A stretch of 64,000 nucleotides of DNA from Glaucostegus cemiculus. Taxonomy: Eukaryota. A model generated the notes under the pieces. That model made no database searches and was not told the origin of the DNA. It saw only the letters and a program-made list of their open reading frames with translations. This document shows, in pieces, positions 53,216 to 64,000 of the stretch. Made by a program: the position numbers and the translations under genes. Position 1 is the first letter of the stretch; each line of letters opens with the position of its first letter. The stretch is from NCBI GenBank assembly GCA_976551045.1, contig CDPCPM010000370.1, positions 1,054,001 through 1,118,000 on the forward strand. The letters are read 5' to 3'.

Positions 53216-54253
53216 TAAATAACGACTGTAGCATGTTGACGCGTCTACGAATAAAGGGATTATTTATAATTCCGTGGTTTTCCTTTGTGTTGGATCTGTA
53301 GTGTCATGGCTCTTCACAAAATTTGGCAGGACTCTTTGCAGTGGAGAGAAACAAGAGAAATATTGGAGTCTTCATCCATAGATTCCTCAAGGGTGCCGCG
53401 CAGATCAATAGATTTGTTAAGAAGCCGTATAGAGTGTTGACCTTTATTATATGGGGCATTTAGTTCAAAAACTGTGATGTGATGTAGCTCTGTTGAACAC
53501 TGGTCAGACTGAAGTTTTGTGTTCAGTTCTTGTTGCTTCATGATAGAAAACATGTGGAAGATTTAGAGAGGGTGCAGAGGGGATTTAACAGGGGTGGTCT
53601 GGTTGGTGTCGCCTCTGGACTCAGAAATCAGTGATTCTCCGAACCACGTCCCAATATCGACAAAAATCATACAATCTCATATTAGATATGTATTTATGCG
53701 TCACATATATATCGAAACACACAATGAAATATGTATATTTGTTTACTGAGAATGTGCTGGAGCAAGCCGGTAAAGTTTCCACTCTTTCGGTGTTAATAGG
53801 AGTCAACATACCATGCCTGCAGCTCCTGACCTGTGCATCTCTGGAATGTGGGAGGAAACCGGAGCACCCGGAGGAAATCCACACTGACATGCGGGGTGAA
53901 CGTACAACCTCCTTGTAGACTGCGGCGGGAATGAGCCCGGGTCGCTGAAGTTGTAATACCGTTTCGTTAACCAGAACAGGAAAGGCCTTTGGGCTTATTG
54001 CTGTAAATGATAGCGGCAGCTTCGCTGACAGGGCAACTCCGCCCATGCAGTCCACGTCAGAGGAAAGTGGGAGGGTCTGTCACCTGTCACATAGGACTCA
54101 AAGACCAGACACAGAAGCAGAACAGTCAATTCCTCTCCTGAAATTTGTAGGTGAAGTGTCCCAGCCCAACTCCGAGGGAGAATCTGCGGAGCGGTCTCGA
54201 CTGCGTGTTGTATCTTGACCTAATGCAAACAATTTGCATCGGCCGACAAAGCG

Positions 54254-54735
54254 ATGGAAATCTTTCTGGTTTTCACCATATGCATCTGCTTACGGCGTGA
54301 GTATGGTTCACACACTCCCAGATGATGCAGGTTCGATTGACATCTTCACGAACCATATTGAATTTCAAACAGTGACCAGGTATTAGCCGCGTTGCGTGGT
54401 TCGGCTCTTACGACCACTCACCTTTCCCTGTGTTTAATTTGCAGGCTCCTTCTGTCAGTCGGTAACCCAGAGCCCTGCAGCCATTAACGGGATGGAGTGT
54501 CAGTCTGTCGCCATCACCTGCCGTTTCCATCCTGGTAGCACTGGTACATACCGTTTTCAAACTGGACGGTTCTTCAGGCAGACCAAGCCGGGGTCAGAGC
54601 GGCAGCAGATCACCACCGGAGGACGGTTTGTTGCGAGGAGCAACAGAAATGAGATGACTTTCTCGTTGGAAATTCGGGATCTGAGAGTTGACGACAGCGC
54701 CACCTATTACTGTCAAGCTGAGTACAGATGGAAAA
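54254..54735 (+). CDS. NAR-TCR V segment 3 (leader 54254-54296, V exon 54445-54735)
   Basis: Leader MEIFLVFTICICLR and an open V exon. RSS CACAGTG, 22 bp, ACAAAAACT at 54736-54773. Confidence 0.88.
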
Positions 54736-55112
54736 CACAGTGATGTCCCTGAGCTTGCTGCGGTACAAAAACTCTTACGACAGATTATCCCAACAACAGA
54801 TGAAGGAACGAAGTGTATCTTTCGATAAAACCCACCGGCCCGCCTCATCCGGCCAACATTACTGTCTGCATTAGGAGAGGATTGGATTGGGGAATTTCAC
54901 ACGACAGAGTGTGCGCAGAAGGCTCAGCGTTTCCTGAGACTCATGTTAAAGTATTGCAGCAGGGAATGAAATAACCCCTCTTCTTGTTCCCAACTCCAGA
55001 AGAAGTCATGTTTCAACAGACGTAACAGAGTACTGCAACCGTTGAGAGCTTACCTCCTTCCAGCAGGTCTCACCCATTTCCCAGGGATTTGAAACTGACA
55101 TGTCACACTGTG

Positions 55113-55127
55113 CACAGTTTGAATACA
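55113..55127 (+). other. NAR-TCR D segment 3
   Basis: CACTGTG, CACAGTTTGAATACA, CACAGTG, 12 bp, ACAAAATGA. Confidence 0.82.
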
Positions 55128-55529
55128 CACAGTGGAAGAGATCTGAACAAAATGATCCTGCATTTAAAATGTATCTGCTCCCGGTCCAGAACCGGGAAGA
55201 AATATTTGGCAATATTCACTTCGTCGTCTATTAATTTCATTGTAATTTCCAGATTTCAGGTATTTTATAATTTGGCAAAAAAAGTGGTTCTTGATCCGTT
55301 TTCTGTCTGTCTTTACGGAATCAGGATACGGCACGCGCTGTATCGCCATTACACTAAGAGTTTTCTTTATCAAAAGGAACAGGTTGATTAGCCGGGAATT
55401 GTGGCGCACTGTAAATTATGTGTTGTATTGAAGTCCCATGTAATCATTGGGAAGAGCTTGGTTATGTATTCTGGAGAGATTAATGTGGGTGGTTCTTGTA
55501 CCGTGGAGACTGAGAGAAGGATCAGTGTG

Positions 55530-55589
55530 ACTCTAACTGGTTGACTTATAATGAGGAGGGAGCAGGGACGACGGTGACCGTCACAGCTG
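55530..55589 (+). CDS. NAR-TCR J segment 3
   Basis: RSS GGTTCTTGT, 23 bp, CAGTGTG (55491-55529). Encodes SNWLTYNEEGAGTTVTVTA with a G|GTAAG donor. Confidence 0.9.
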
Positions 55590-56925
55590 GTAAGTATCCA
55601 TGAACATCGTATTATGTCCTGCTGCTTCTGGGATTTTAGCAACCATTTAATATTTGGCTCAATTGACAACAATTTCATTTAAGGGGAAACAGACCCAATT
55701 TCGAAACGGGTTTCTGTAGAGTGGTCCTGAGGAGACATAGGCAGAGGAAGCTGCGTCTGGGGGGTGCCTGGACAGAGGAGGTGTGGAACTCACCGGGAGA
55801 AGCATATCGGGGCTGCTCATGAGTAATAAATGCTGGTGTTCCAGCGAAGACCACATCCGTTAAAAGTTATAAATATGAAAATGTAAACAAGTGTATCTGA
55901 TCGACCGGTTGAGTGCAAAGGCAGAAGTATCAATGTCAGTGTTGTTCACAGCGCAGCCCGATTGACTGGATGTGTGTGGGGGGTGTACAGCCAGGTTGAA
56001 TTAGGTTGAATTTGTTGAATGGTTCAATATTTCCTGCGTATTCCAAATCTTAGTGGGTTGGCTTTATTGTTTAAATTATGCAGAGGAAGATTGACGTGGG
56101 TGATGTTCAGCTGAGTGAGTCTGATGCCCCCTTTGCAAACTGCACACACTGAACTCAACGGATAAGTAACAAACTGTGGACAAAGTTCTCTAAAAGGAAA
56201 AACGTAAAGCGCAGACACCAACAAGCAAGCGACGGGATTAGGAAAAATAATGATACTAACTGTATCTAATTGAAAAAAAAAACTAAAATGAGGAAATCGT
56301 TCACCATTGATGATCATTTGTAAGCGCAGAGAACAGAGGTTTTCTGACGGGTGCGATTACATGCATTTGAATGTCGCACGTGGCAGCACATGTGTTCATT
56401 GTCAGCTTGACTCAATCTGCGCTGTTCAATCACCTTGCTTTATTCAGCACCTTGCCATACACTGGGCTACTGCAAAAAATTAAAATTTCTGGAATGATCG
56501 TCCATCACTGATTGGAAAACACGTTATTTACAACATTTCTTCCTGTGTGTCCTTCGTCGAGAGGTACAATAACAACCGCTGAAAAATAAAGGTCAGGAAT
56601 TTGCAGAACAAAGAAAGTTAATTCAAGCCATAGTCAGGATGGCGGCACTCTGAATCTCCCCCACGAATTTTCATTGTTTTTCCCCCATAGATTCAAAACT
56701 TCCTCCACATTCTCGTTAATCATCGCAACTTGTCCCCATTGTCTATGCCTCAGTGCTTTGCCAACTGCAGCATGTCAACAGAGGCATTAACAAGGGCGAC
56801 ATACTCAGTTTGCAAATTTTTCAAATAAATGGAACTGGGGTGAATATGAACTCCAATCTTCTGTGGTACGCTTTTTTAACAATCATCGGTATACGATCAA
56901 ATCTCTCCCCTGTTAAATCCTGCAG

Positions 56926-57228
56926 ATTCCATTTCCCCTGGCATTCAGAGCCCTGCTCTACAAACTTCTGATGGCGAAACCGTCACTTTAAGCTGTGAAT
57001 ATTCCGGTTTCTGTCCATATACAGTACACTGGTATCGGCAGTTCCCAGGGCAAGCACCGATTTTTCTGCTTCAGAGACACACTTCAGGAGAGCAGGATAC
57101 AGAAAAGGCTGCGGGTGGACGAATTTCTGCGTCTCTTGATCCTGGCCAGAAAATCATCCAGTTAACGATCTCCCAAGTGAAACCAAACGACGCGGCTGTG
57201 TATCACTGTGCACTGACTTCACGCACAG
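56926..57228 (+). CDS. NAR-TCR supporting TCR-delta V segment 3
   Basis: CTGCAG acceptor. Open frame DSISPGIQSPALQTSDGETVTLSCEYSGFCPYTVHWYRQ...VYHCALTS. RSS CACATTG, 23 bp, TCAATAACC (57229-57267). Second RSS CACGGTG, 23 bp, ACAAAAACT (57290-57328). Confidence 0.9.
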
Positions 57229-60200
57229 CACATTGATACCAACCATGGAGAGAGCTGTTCAATAACCCCAGTGTGGTTTCCTGCAGACACACGGTGCAAC
57301 AGATCAGGGGGAGAGCTGTACAAAAACTCATATGTTGGATCATAAACATACGCTACTACGGAGCACGGAGCCCACTGTCAAAAATAAACCTCAGTGCGGT
57401 GGGGATCTTTGCAATGTAGAAGAGGTAGAAAGAGAGTACAACATTAAAACACATTGGATCTTAAAGTCATAAATTGACACGAAAAAGGAAAAGGGAAAAA
57501 CAATATTCCACACCAATCAATTCCCCAATCAGAAATGCACAATCGCCTTCATTAATTTCGCGTTTGGTTGTACATCCGTGAGCTGCAAGTCAACTTCCAG
57601 CCAGATACATACAACTGAATTACAGATACCTGTGTCACGTGTGAACAGCGGGAGGAGATGTGCGTGCAGTTGGTTCCCGGACACAGTCATTTTAGAATGC
57701 CCAGATAATAAGTGCCAATCTTGTCAACTGTAAGTTACATATTCAGCAACACGTCCCAGAAAAGTCGCCGTGTGACGGTCGTATCCGTGTCCATGTCTAA
57801 TCTAATCGTTGGAGGGAGTCTCAGAGCGATTTCACACCATAGGGAAGTATTAACCTGAGAATGTTACCGCTCAGCCGAACGTGATTCAGATCAAAAATTC
57901 TCAACGTTATGTGTCTTTTGCAATCATGAATCATTACTCACTAAAGCATCGCTCCTTTGTTGACATGAACTCTACAATTATGTGGTATTTTCATTAACTT
58001 CAGGATAATACAACAGCAGTGAATGGAGTTGACTGGGATAGCCATTGTGAATGGAACATTGATCTTTCCAGGACCTGCTCTTATTCTAGACGGTATGAAT
58101 GACAGAAACTGTACTCCCGCGCTGCCCTCTTTCGCTCGACTGTGCACCCGTGAAGGAAGATGGTTGAGCTGAGATCTCCTGACATCCCGCTGAAGGAGGA
58201 TTCTTTTCAAGGGGAATGCACGACTCTATGCATTAGATGTTGAAAATAATTTGTTACTTTTTATTATATTGAGGGTTTATTTCATTTCTTGGAGCGTGAG
58301 TGTATGTCAGGTAATTTGCCTGTTTAAATAAATTAATTGTACATCTTAGCATCTCAAAACAATTTAAAAAGTCCAGGTATATCTAAACTCGAATGAAAAG
58401 ATGTATGCATCCATAGAAGAGATAGAGCACTTAATCAGAGGGATAATCGACCTTCCACCACATACTTTTACACTAAAATATTTTATTTGCCCCACAAACC
58501 CAGGTTCTCCCCTTGGATTCTACCACTCACTTGCATACTGGGAGTTAAGTTCCAAAGGCAAAGGCCAGCTAGCGTTTTATTTCCACATACTGCGATCTAT
58601 GAGTATTATATTATTCAGTTCATTAATTTTTAAATTCTTTTCTTGAAGCAATTTTAACTTGTAACTTTCCCTGATTATTTGGAATTTAAGAAGACCTTGA
58701 AAAACTTCCCAAATTTGATAGGAGACGGAGTGCTGTCCGAATCCTTGTCTCTCTTGCAGGTTCTCTGGGCATTCGGGGCGAGAGCTTTCAGGGCTCTGCC
58801 ACTGTTGAGACTTCGCTCCACATCATCTGATGTCTCGCGGTTCCGAAAGATTTTGCTGTTTCTCTGATTCCGACACAAACTAATGCGGCCAATGTAACTA
58901 ATTCATCTCCAGTGGTGATGGCCAGAGAGCCAAACAGCACAGAAACATTGGACATCCATGTCCGTGATGGCGATCTACACTCATCCCACATCATCCAATT
59001 TTATTCTCCACATAGACACATCAACTACACCTATCCCAGATTTTGCCATTCACTTGCACGCAGGGAACAATTAACATTTAACTAATTTTCCAATCCACAA
59101 GTCTTTGGCATGTGGAAGAAATGCGGAAAAACCGGGAAAAAGACACTAGATCGCGCGAGGAACATATCGAAGGGTTTGGCTCCATGCTCTTTTTCTCTGT
59201 CGCACAGAGTCTCACACAAGGCCTCAAAGTAATTTGTCGTTGTTTCGCATTTCCTAACATGGTGGATTTTGGACGATTCTTTCCAGAAAACATCCATTTG
59301 ACTTCTCAGCTGGTTTTTATTTCCTTGGTTCATCGCAGAACTATGTAAATGTCTGGAGTAATCTCTTCCTGCTGTGAACGAACGTGTTGTCCAAACAACG
59401 CACGCAAGAGAAAATAAAAAAAAAATGCTATTTCTCTTTGCCGTGATAACCATGTAAACCATGCAGGTTGGGAATGCAACCATGTGAATGAACACAAAGG
59501 AAGTCAAATTTTGTTTCAGTGTATTTCATTCATGCAAATGCAAACATGCAGCCATCAAGCAATTACAATCAGATTTAATGTGAACAATTTACCATGTTCT
59601 GGTGTTGTTTTTTTTCCAGTTCTGCTCACTGCGATCTGAATTGGAATATAATTTCCATTCTTCCGCCCTTTCCCGACTACAATTCCAGAAGTAGCCATTG
59701 AGCTGAATAATCCCCTGATAGTTCTCTTTGATCACTCTTTTTCATTTGTCATTTATAATGCGTCATATTTTTTGAATAAATATTTTGTTCAAATTTAAGT
59801 GGAGCTCGATAAAAGTTACACGTATGCGTGTGTTTCCCAAAGTGGTTTTCAAGATGGGGCAAAGTTGAGGTTCATGTGCAAATTGTTCAGGGTGTTCACG
59901 GAATTTCAATGGTCCAGCTCATCCTGAGAATTAAGACGCGTGAGCCGTAGGAAGAACGTGTCGCCTTGTGCAGCCTGTACGAGGGAGGGTTTACAATACA
60001 CTCAAATCAGGCCCTCTCTCCCAGTGTGAGATAGAAGTTGATAACAACTCCTAATCTCGTTCTGCTGCGTTGAATGGAGAGAGGCGAGTTATCTTGCGCA
60101 ATATGATACCCTGCATTGGCCCTTTCAGAAGTGAGGATGTAACAGCCTGGTCACCAACGCTGCCATCGGCTTTTCATGCGAGGTGAATTGTCAGCTCTTC

Positions 60201-62918
60201 CCCGGGTATTTTTTGGATGCTTGAGCAACAAAGAAGGTTTGAGGGATGGTGGAGTGGAGTGACGGTGTTTTGAGATGATGTGCCTCATTAAATATAACTC
60301 TGACCCATGTTTGTTTCCAAAATCAGTCATTGTTTACTTTGTAAATTACTTGGTTTTGCGCACATTTCCTGCAGGGATAGCTGCAGCGAATCCATCTCCA
60401 TCCGGATGACGGTCCTCCTCGCGCTGTAGAAGCTCCCCGACGTTTAATTGTCTACTAATTGGACGAAATATCCGTGTGTAACATCACCCTTTGACTTGTG
60501 TCCGTTTGGCTAGAATGCGCCAGGATTTGGAACAACACATCCGAGCCTGCCGTGCTGACAACATACCTCACTTATTCCTTTATGTCTCATAGAATCTGCC
60601 CCTTCATTTGAAATGAAGCATATCCCCGTCACTAACTCTTGGTAAGATCATCCGATGCTGTTAATGTATTTACGTTAGACCGAATTTACATTAAAGAACA
60701 ATAACACGTTGTATGTCGGACACAATGAATGGAGTCATCATAGCAAGGTATTGAACTGCAAAGAAGCGTCCACAATTGCTGTACAGGAGAACATCAAAAT
60801 ATAAACTTGGCGGTCGGGTTACACGGATTGCACAAGCCAATTTGTGGAAATTAATGTTTGAAGAAAAGACTCGGGGGACTGGGAGTGAGGCGAAATGCGG
60901 AGCTTTGGCAAGTTCTGGAACTGAGCTCAAGGTCTTCCTGCTCTGAATGCGGCTGGATGGATAAAAATCCGGAAATAGTTGCAGTCGAGATATAGCACAG
61001 CGCATCATTTTGGTCTGTATTGTGGAGACGCATACTCGTCCCACTGTCCCAGTCGTTCGCACGAAATGACTCCACCCAAGTCGGGGTTTGCATGAAGTTG
61101 TGACATGTTTTAAATCCAAAACATCGATTACAAAATTTTCGCTGTGGTCGTTCCGACTTGCAGGGCGCCAGGTGTATTATAACTTAGTCGGAGTTCGCTG
61201 CTTTTAGACCTGATCGAATGCACAATTAGTGGTAATTTTACAGATAACTATCGCGAATTCAATCAAAAATTAAGAAGATATTTTTTTTTATCTCAGAGCG
61301 ATTGACATCCTCACAGAGTTGATGACAGAGAATTTTTAAGAGAAGTGACTAACAGGCTAACCGGGGTTTACAGGAAGTGCGGTGGATTTCACACGCAGTT
61401 CAGCAGTGATCTTCACGAACAGTGGCGCAGGCCTGAGGGGCCGAGTGTTCTGATCCTGCTCCGAGTCCGTGTGTTCATGTGTTTACGTGTCATCATCAGC
61501 CGAGCCACTGAGGCATATCAGCCTGCCACAATTCAACTGCGGTTCTCTCGGTGGAGTATTGTTTATCATATTCTGAGTGGAAATGACAACAAAGCGATCA
61601 AATGTGGAAACGACCGTGAACCAATCAGAACAGTGTACGGCCGCAGGAGGCAGACATTGAATGAATCTGAACACAGTAGTGCAGAGCTAGAAAGACACCG
61701 GCCGCTAGATTTGGGCGCAAACCCACTGATCAGTTCCACCAATGAAGATTTTGACGTTGACTGAAACTGCAAAAATATTGTTTCTCTAATTTATTAGTAA
61801 GCGTGGAGCAGATCTTCCATGAACCACCACTGCGTCACGGTGAAACTGGCCGTGTTGGTGCACGGAAACTTTGAATTTAGCTTGGACAACAGCTGAGGAG
61901 AGAGGGATGAAATAACGCTGCACATCATTCAATGGAACAAAGAAAATCAATGAACCGATCCACATAACACTAAATATTGTATGGAATAATATAAACGAAA
62001 TCACAGGGCTGGTCTTTCAGAGAGGGAGAGAGAGAGAGAGACAGAGAGACAACAGAACGTAAGAGACAGAAAGAGAAAGAGAGAGCATAAATTGCGACTG
62101 CAGCATCTCGACCCGTCTGTGAACAAAAGGAATAATTATAATCTGCGACTTTCTTCTGTGTTGAAGCTGCCCCTAGAGTCATGGCTCTTCTCAAAATGTG
62201 GCCGGACACTTTGTAGTGTGGAGGAACAAGAGAAATATTGGAGTTCACGTCCATAGATTCCTCTAGGTTTCCCCGCATATCGATAGATTTGTTATGAAGT
62301 AGTCGGGGTACTGATTTCAAGAACCGCGAGGTGATATAGCTCTATTATACACTGGTCAGACTGAAGTTTTGTGTTCAGTTCTTGACCCTTCATGATAGAA
62401 AGCGTCTTTTTGCATTACTGAGAATGTGCTGGAGCAAGCCGGAAATGTCTCCGCTCGTTCGGGGCCAATAGGCGCCAGCATATCATGCCTGCAGCTCCTG
62501 ACCTGTGCATCACTGAAATGTGGGAGGAAACCAGAACACCCGGAGGATATCCACAATGACATACAGGGAAAACGTACAACCTCCTTGCAGACTGCGGTGG
62601 AAATGCGCCCTTGTCGCCGACGCTGTAATGGCATCACGTTAACCGCTACAGGAAAGGCCTTTGGGATGATTGCTGTAAATGATAGCGGCAGCTTCGCTGA
62701 CACGGCAAATCCGCCCACACAGTCCACGTCAGAGTGAAGTGGGAGGGTCTTTCACATCGGACTCAAAGACACGACACAGAAGTAGAACCATCAACTTCCC
62801 TCCTCAAGCCTCTTGGTGAAGTGTCCCAGACTAAATCTGAGGGGAAATCTACGGAGCGATCTCGACTGTAGGTTCCATCTTCCCCTAATGTAAACCATTT
62901 GCACTCGGAGACAAAGAG

Positions 62919-63399
62919 ATGGAAATCTTTCTGGTTTTCACCATATGCATCTGTTTACAGCGTGAGTACCGTTCACACACTCCCACGCTGTGCGGGTTCG
63001 ATTGACATCTTCACGAACCATTTGAATATCAAACATTGACCCGATATTAGTAGCGTTGAGTGGTTCGGCTCTGACACCCATTCACCTTTCACTATGTTTA
63101 ATTTGCAGGCTCCTTCAGTCAGTCGGTAACCCAGAGCCCGACAGCCATTAACGGGTTGGAGTGTCAGTCTGTCAGCATCACCTGCCGTTTCCATCTTGGT
63201 AGCACTGGTACATACAATTTTCTAACTGGACCGTTCTTCAGGCAGGCGCATCCCGTGTCCCAGCGGCAGCAGATCACAAGCGGAGGACGGTTTGTTGCGA
63301 GAAGCAAACCTACTGAGATGACTTTCTCGTTGGAAATTCGGAATCTGAGAGTTGAAGACAGCGCCACCTATTACTGTCGAGCTGCGTACAGGTGGAAAA
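62919..63399 (+). CDS. NAR-TCR V segment 4 (leader 62919-62961, V exon 63109-63399)
   Basis: Leader MEIFLVFTICICLQ. Open V exon ending YYCRAAYRWK. Variant RSS CACTGTG, 22 bp, ACAAAGACT at 63400-63437. Confidence 0.85.
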
Positions 63400-63776
63400 C
63401 ACTGTGATGGACCTGGGCTTTCTGCGGTACAAAGACTCCGACTGAAGATCATCCCAACGACAGATGAAGGAGAGAAATTAATCTGCAACTGAAAATTATG
63501 ATCCCGCGTCATCCCGTCAACCTTGCAGTTTAGTGTGTGAGATGATTGGATTGGTGACGTTCACACTGCAGAGTGTGCGCGGATGGCGCAGCGTTTCCTG
63601 AGACTCATGTTAATGTGCTGCGATAGGGAATGAATGAGCCACTTTTCTGCTTCCCAAGTCCAGATGAAATCAGGTTTCAACGGACGTAACAAGAAACCGC
63701 AATCGTTGAGATCTTACCTTCTGTCAGCCCATCTCACCAAGTCTCCAGGGATTAGAAACTGACATGTCACACTGTG

Positions 63777-63791
63777 TACGACTGGAATAAA
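63777..63791 (+). other. NAR-TCR D segment 4
   Basis: CACTGTG, TACGACTGGAATAAA, CACAATG, 12 bp, ACAAAATAG. Confidence 0.8.
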
Positions 63792-63979
63792 CACAATGAA
63801 AGCGAGTTGAACAAAATAGTCCCTGCTGTTAAAATATGTCTGTTCCTAGTCCAAACCAGAAATAAATGTTTGGCGATATTCCCTTTTCCATCTGCTTAAT
63901 TTCATTGGATGTTCCTGCTTTCAGTTGTTCTTTAGTCTGCGAAAATGGTACCGCGGAGCCTGAGAGCGGCATCAATGTG

Positions 63980-64000
63980 CCTCTGATTGGAGGACTTATA
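63980..64000 (+). other. 5' part of NAR-TCR J segment 4 (cut by window end, RSS nonamer lost)
   Basis: Spacer and heptamer CAATGTG (63973-79) align with the J3 RSS. Reads SDWRTY, versus SNWLTY in J3. Confidence 0.75.

Larger units (their letters stand above)
34150..64000 (+). repeat. tandem array of four NAR-TCR cassettes (period about 8.7-9.1 kb)
   Basis: V exons start at 36571, 45358, 54445 and 63109. Intergenic sequence is clearly paralogous between units (e.g. 34170 with 42892, 50000-53400 with 59000-62290). Confidence 0.95.

Noticed and set aside
55106-55119. CACTGTG directly followed by CACAGTT looks like a germline RAG signal joint
   Set aside because: Alignment with the other cassettes shows CACAGTT is simply the start of the 15-bp D3. 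The normal 3' RSS follows.
1-64000. Remaining short ORFs in the six-frame track, and any CRISPR or other prokaryotic system
   Set aside because: The DNA is vertebrate and repeat-rich. The ORFs lack recognisable domains or overlap LINE/SINE remnants, and no repeat-spacer array is present.

Overview
Eukaryotic genomic DNA from a cartilaginous fish (probably a ray/skate/sawfish lineage, inferred from the repeat types), covering part of the T-cell receptor alpha/delta locus. The left half (1-34 kb) holds three decayed tRNA-Glu copies each preceded by a CTCF-like motif, many LINE/SINE remnants, one intact minus-strand TCR V alpha/delta segment with a 23-RSS, a 168-N gap and an intact two-exon GPR139/142-like GPCR gene. 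The right half (about 34-64 kb) is a tandem array (period about 8.7-9.1 kb) of four NAR-TCR cassettes. Each has a leader plus IgNAR-like V (22-bp RSS), a 15-bp D (12/12 RSS), a J (23-RSS) and a supporting TCR-delta V, and cassette 4 is cut by the window end. Cassettes 1 and 3 look intact. Cassette 2 has a J stop codon and a Cys-to-Ser change. Cassette 4 lost its J nonamer through a deletion. The most unusual observations are a second 23-RSS with a D-like 14-bp insert behind each supporting V, and a vestigial leader with a 37-bp intron in front of these nominally leaderless V segments. All calls were made by eye without database searches.
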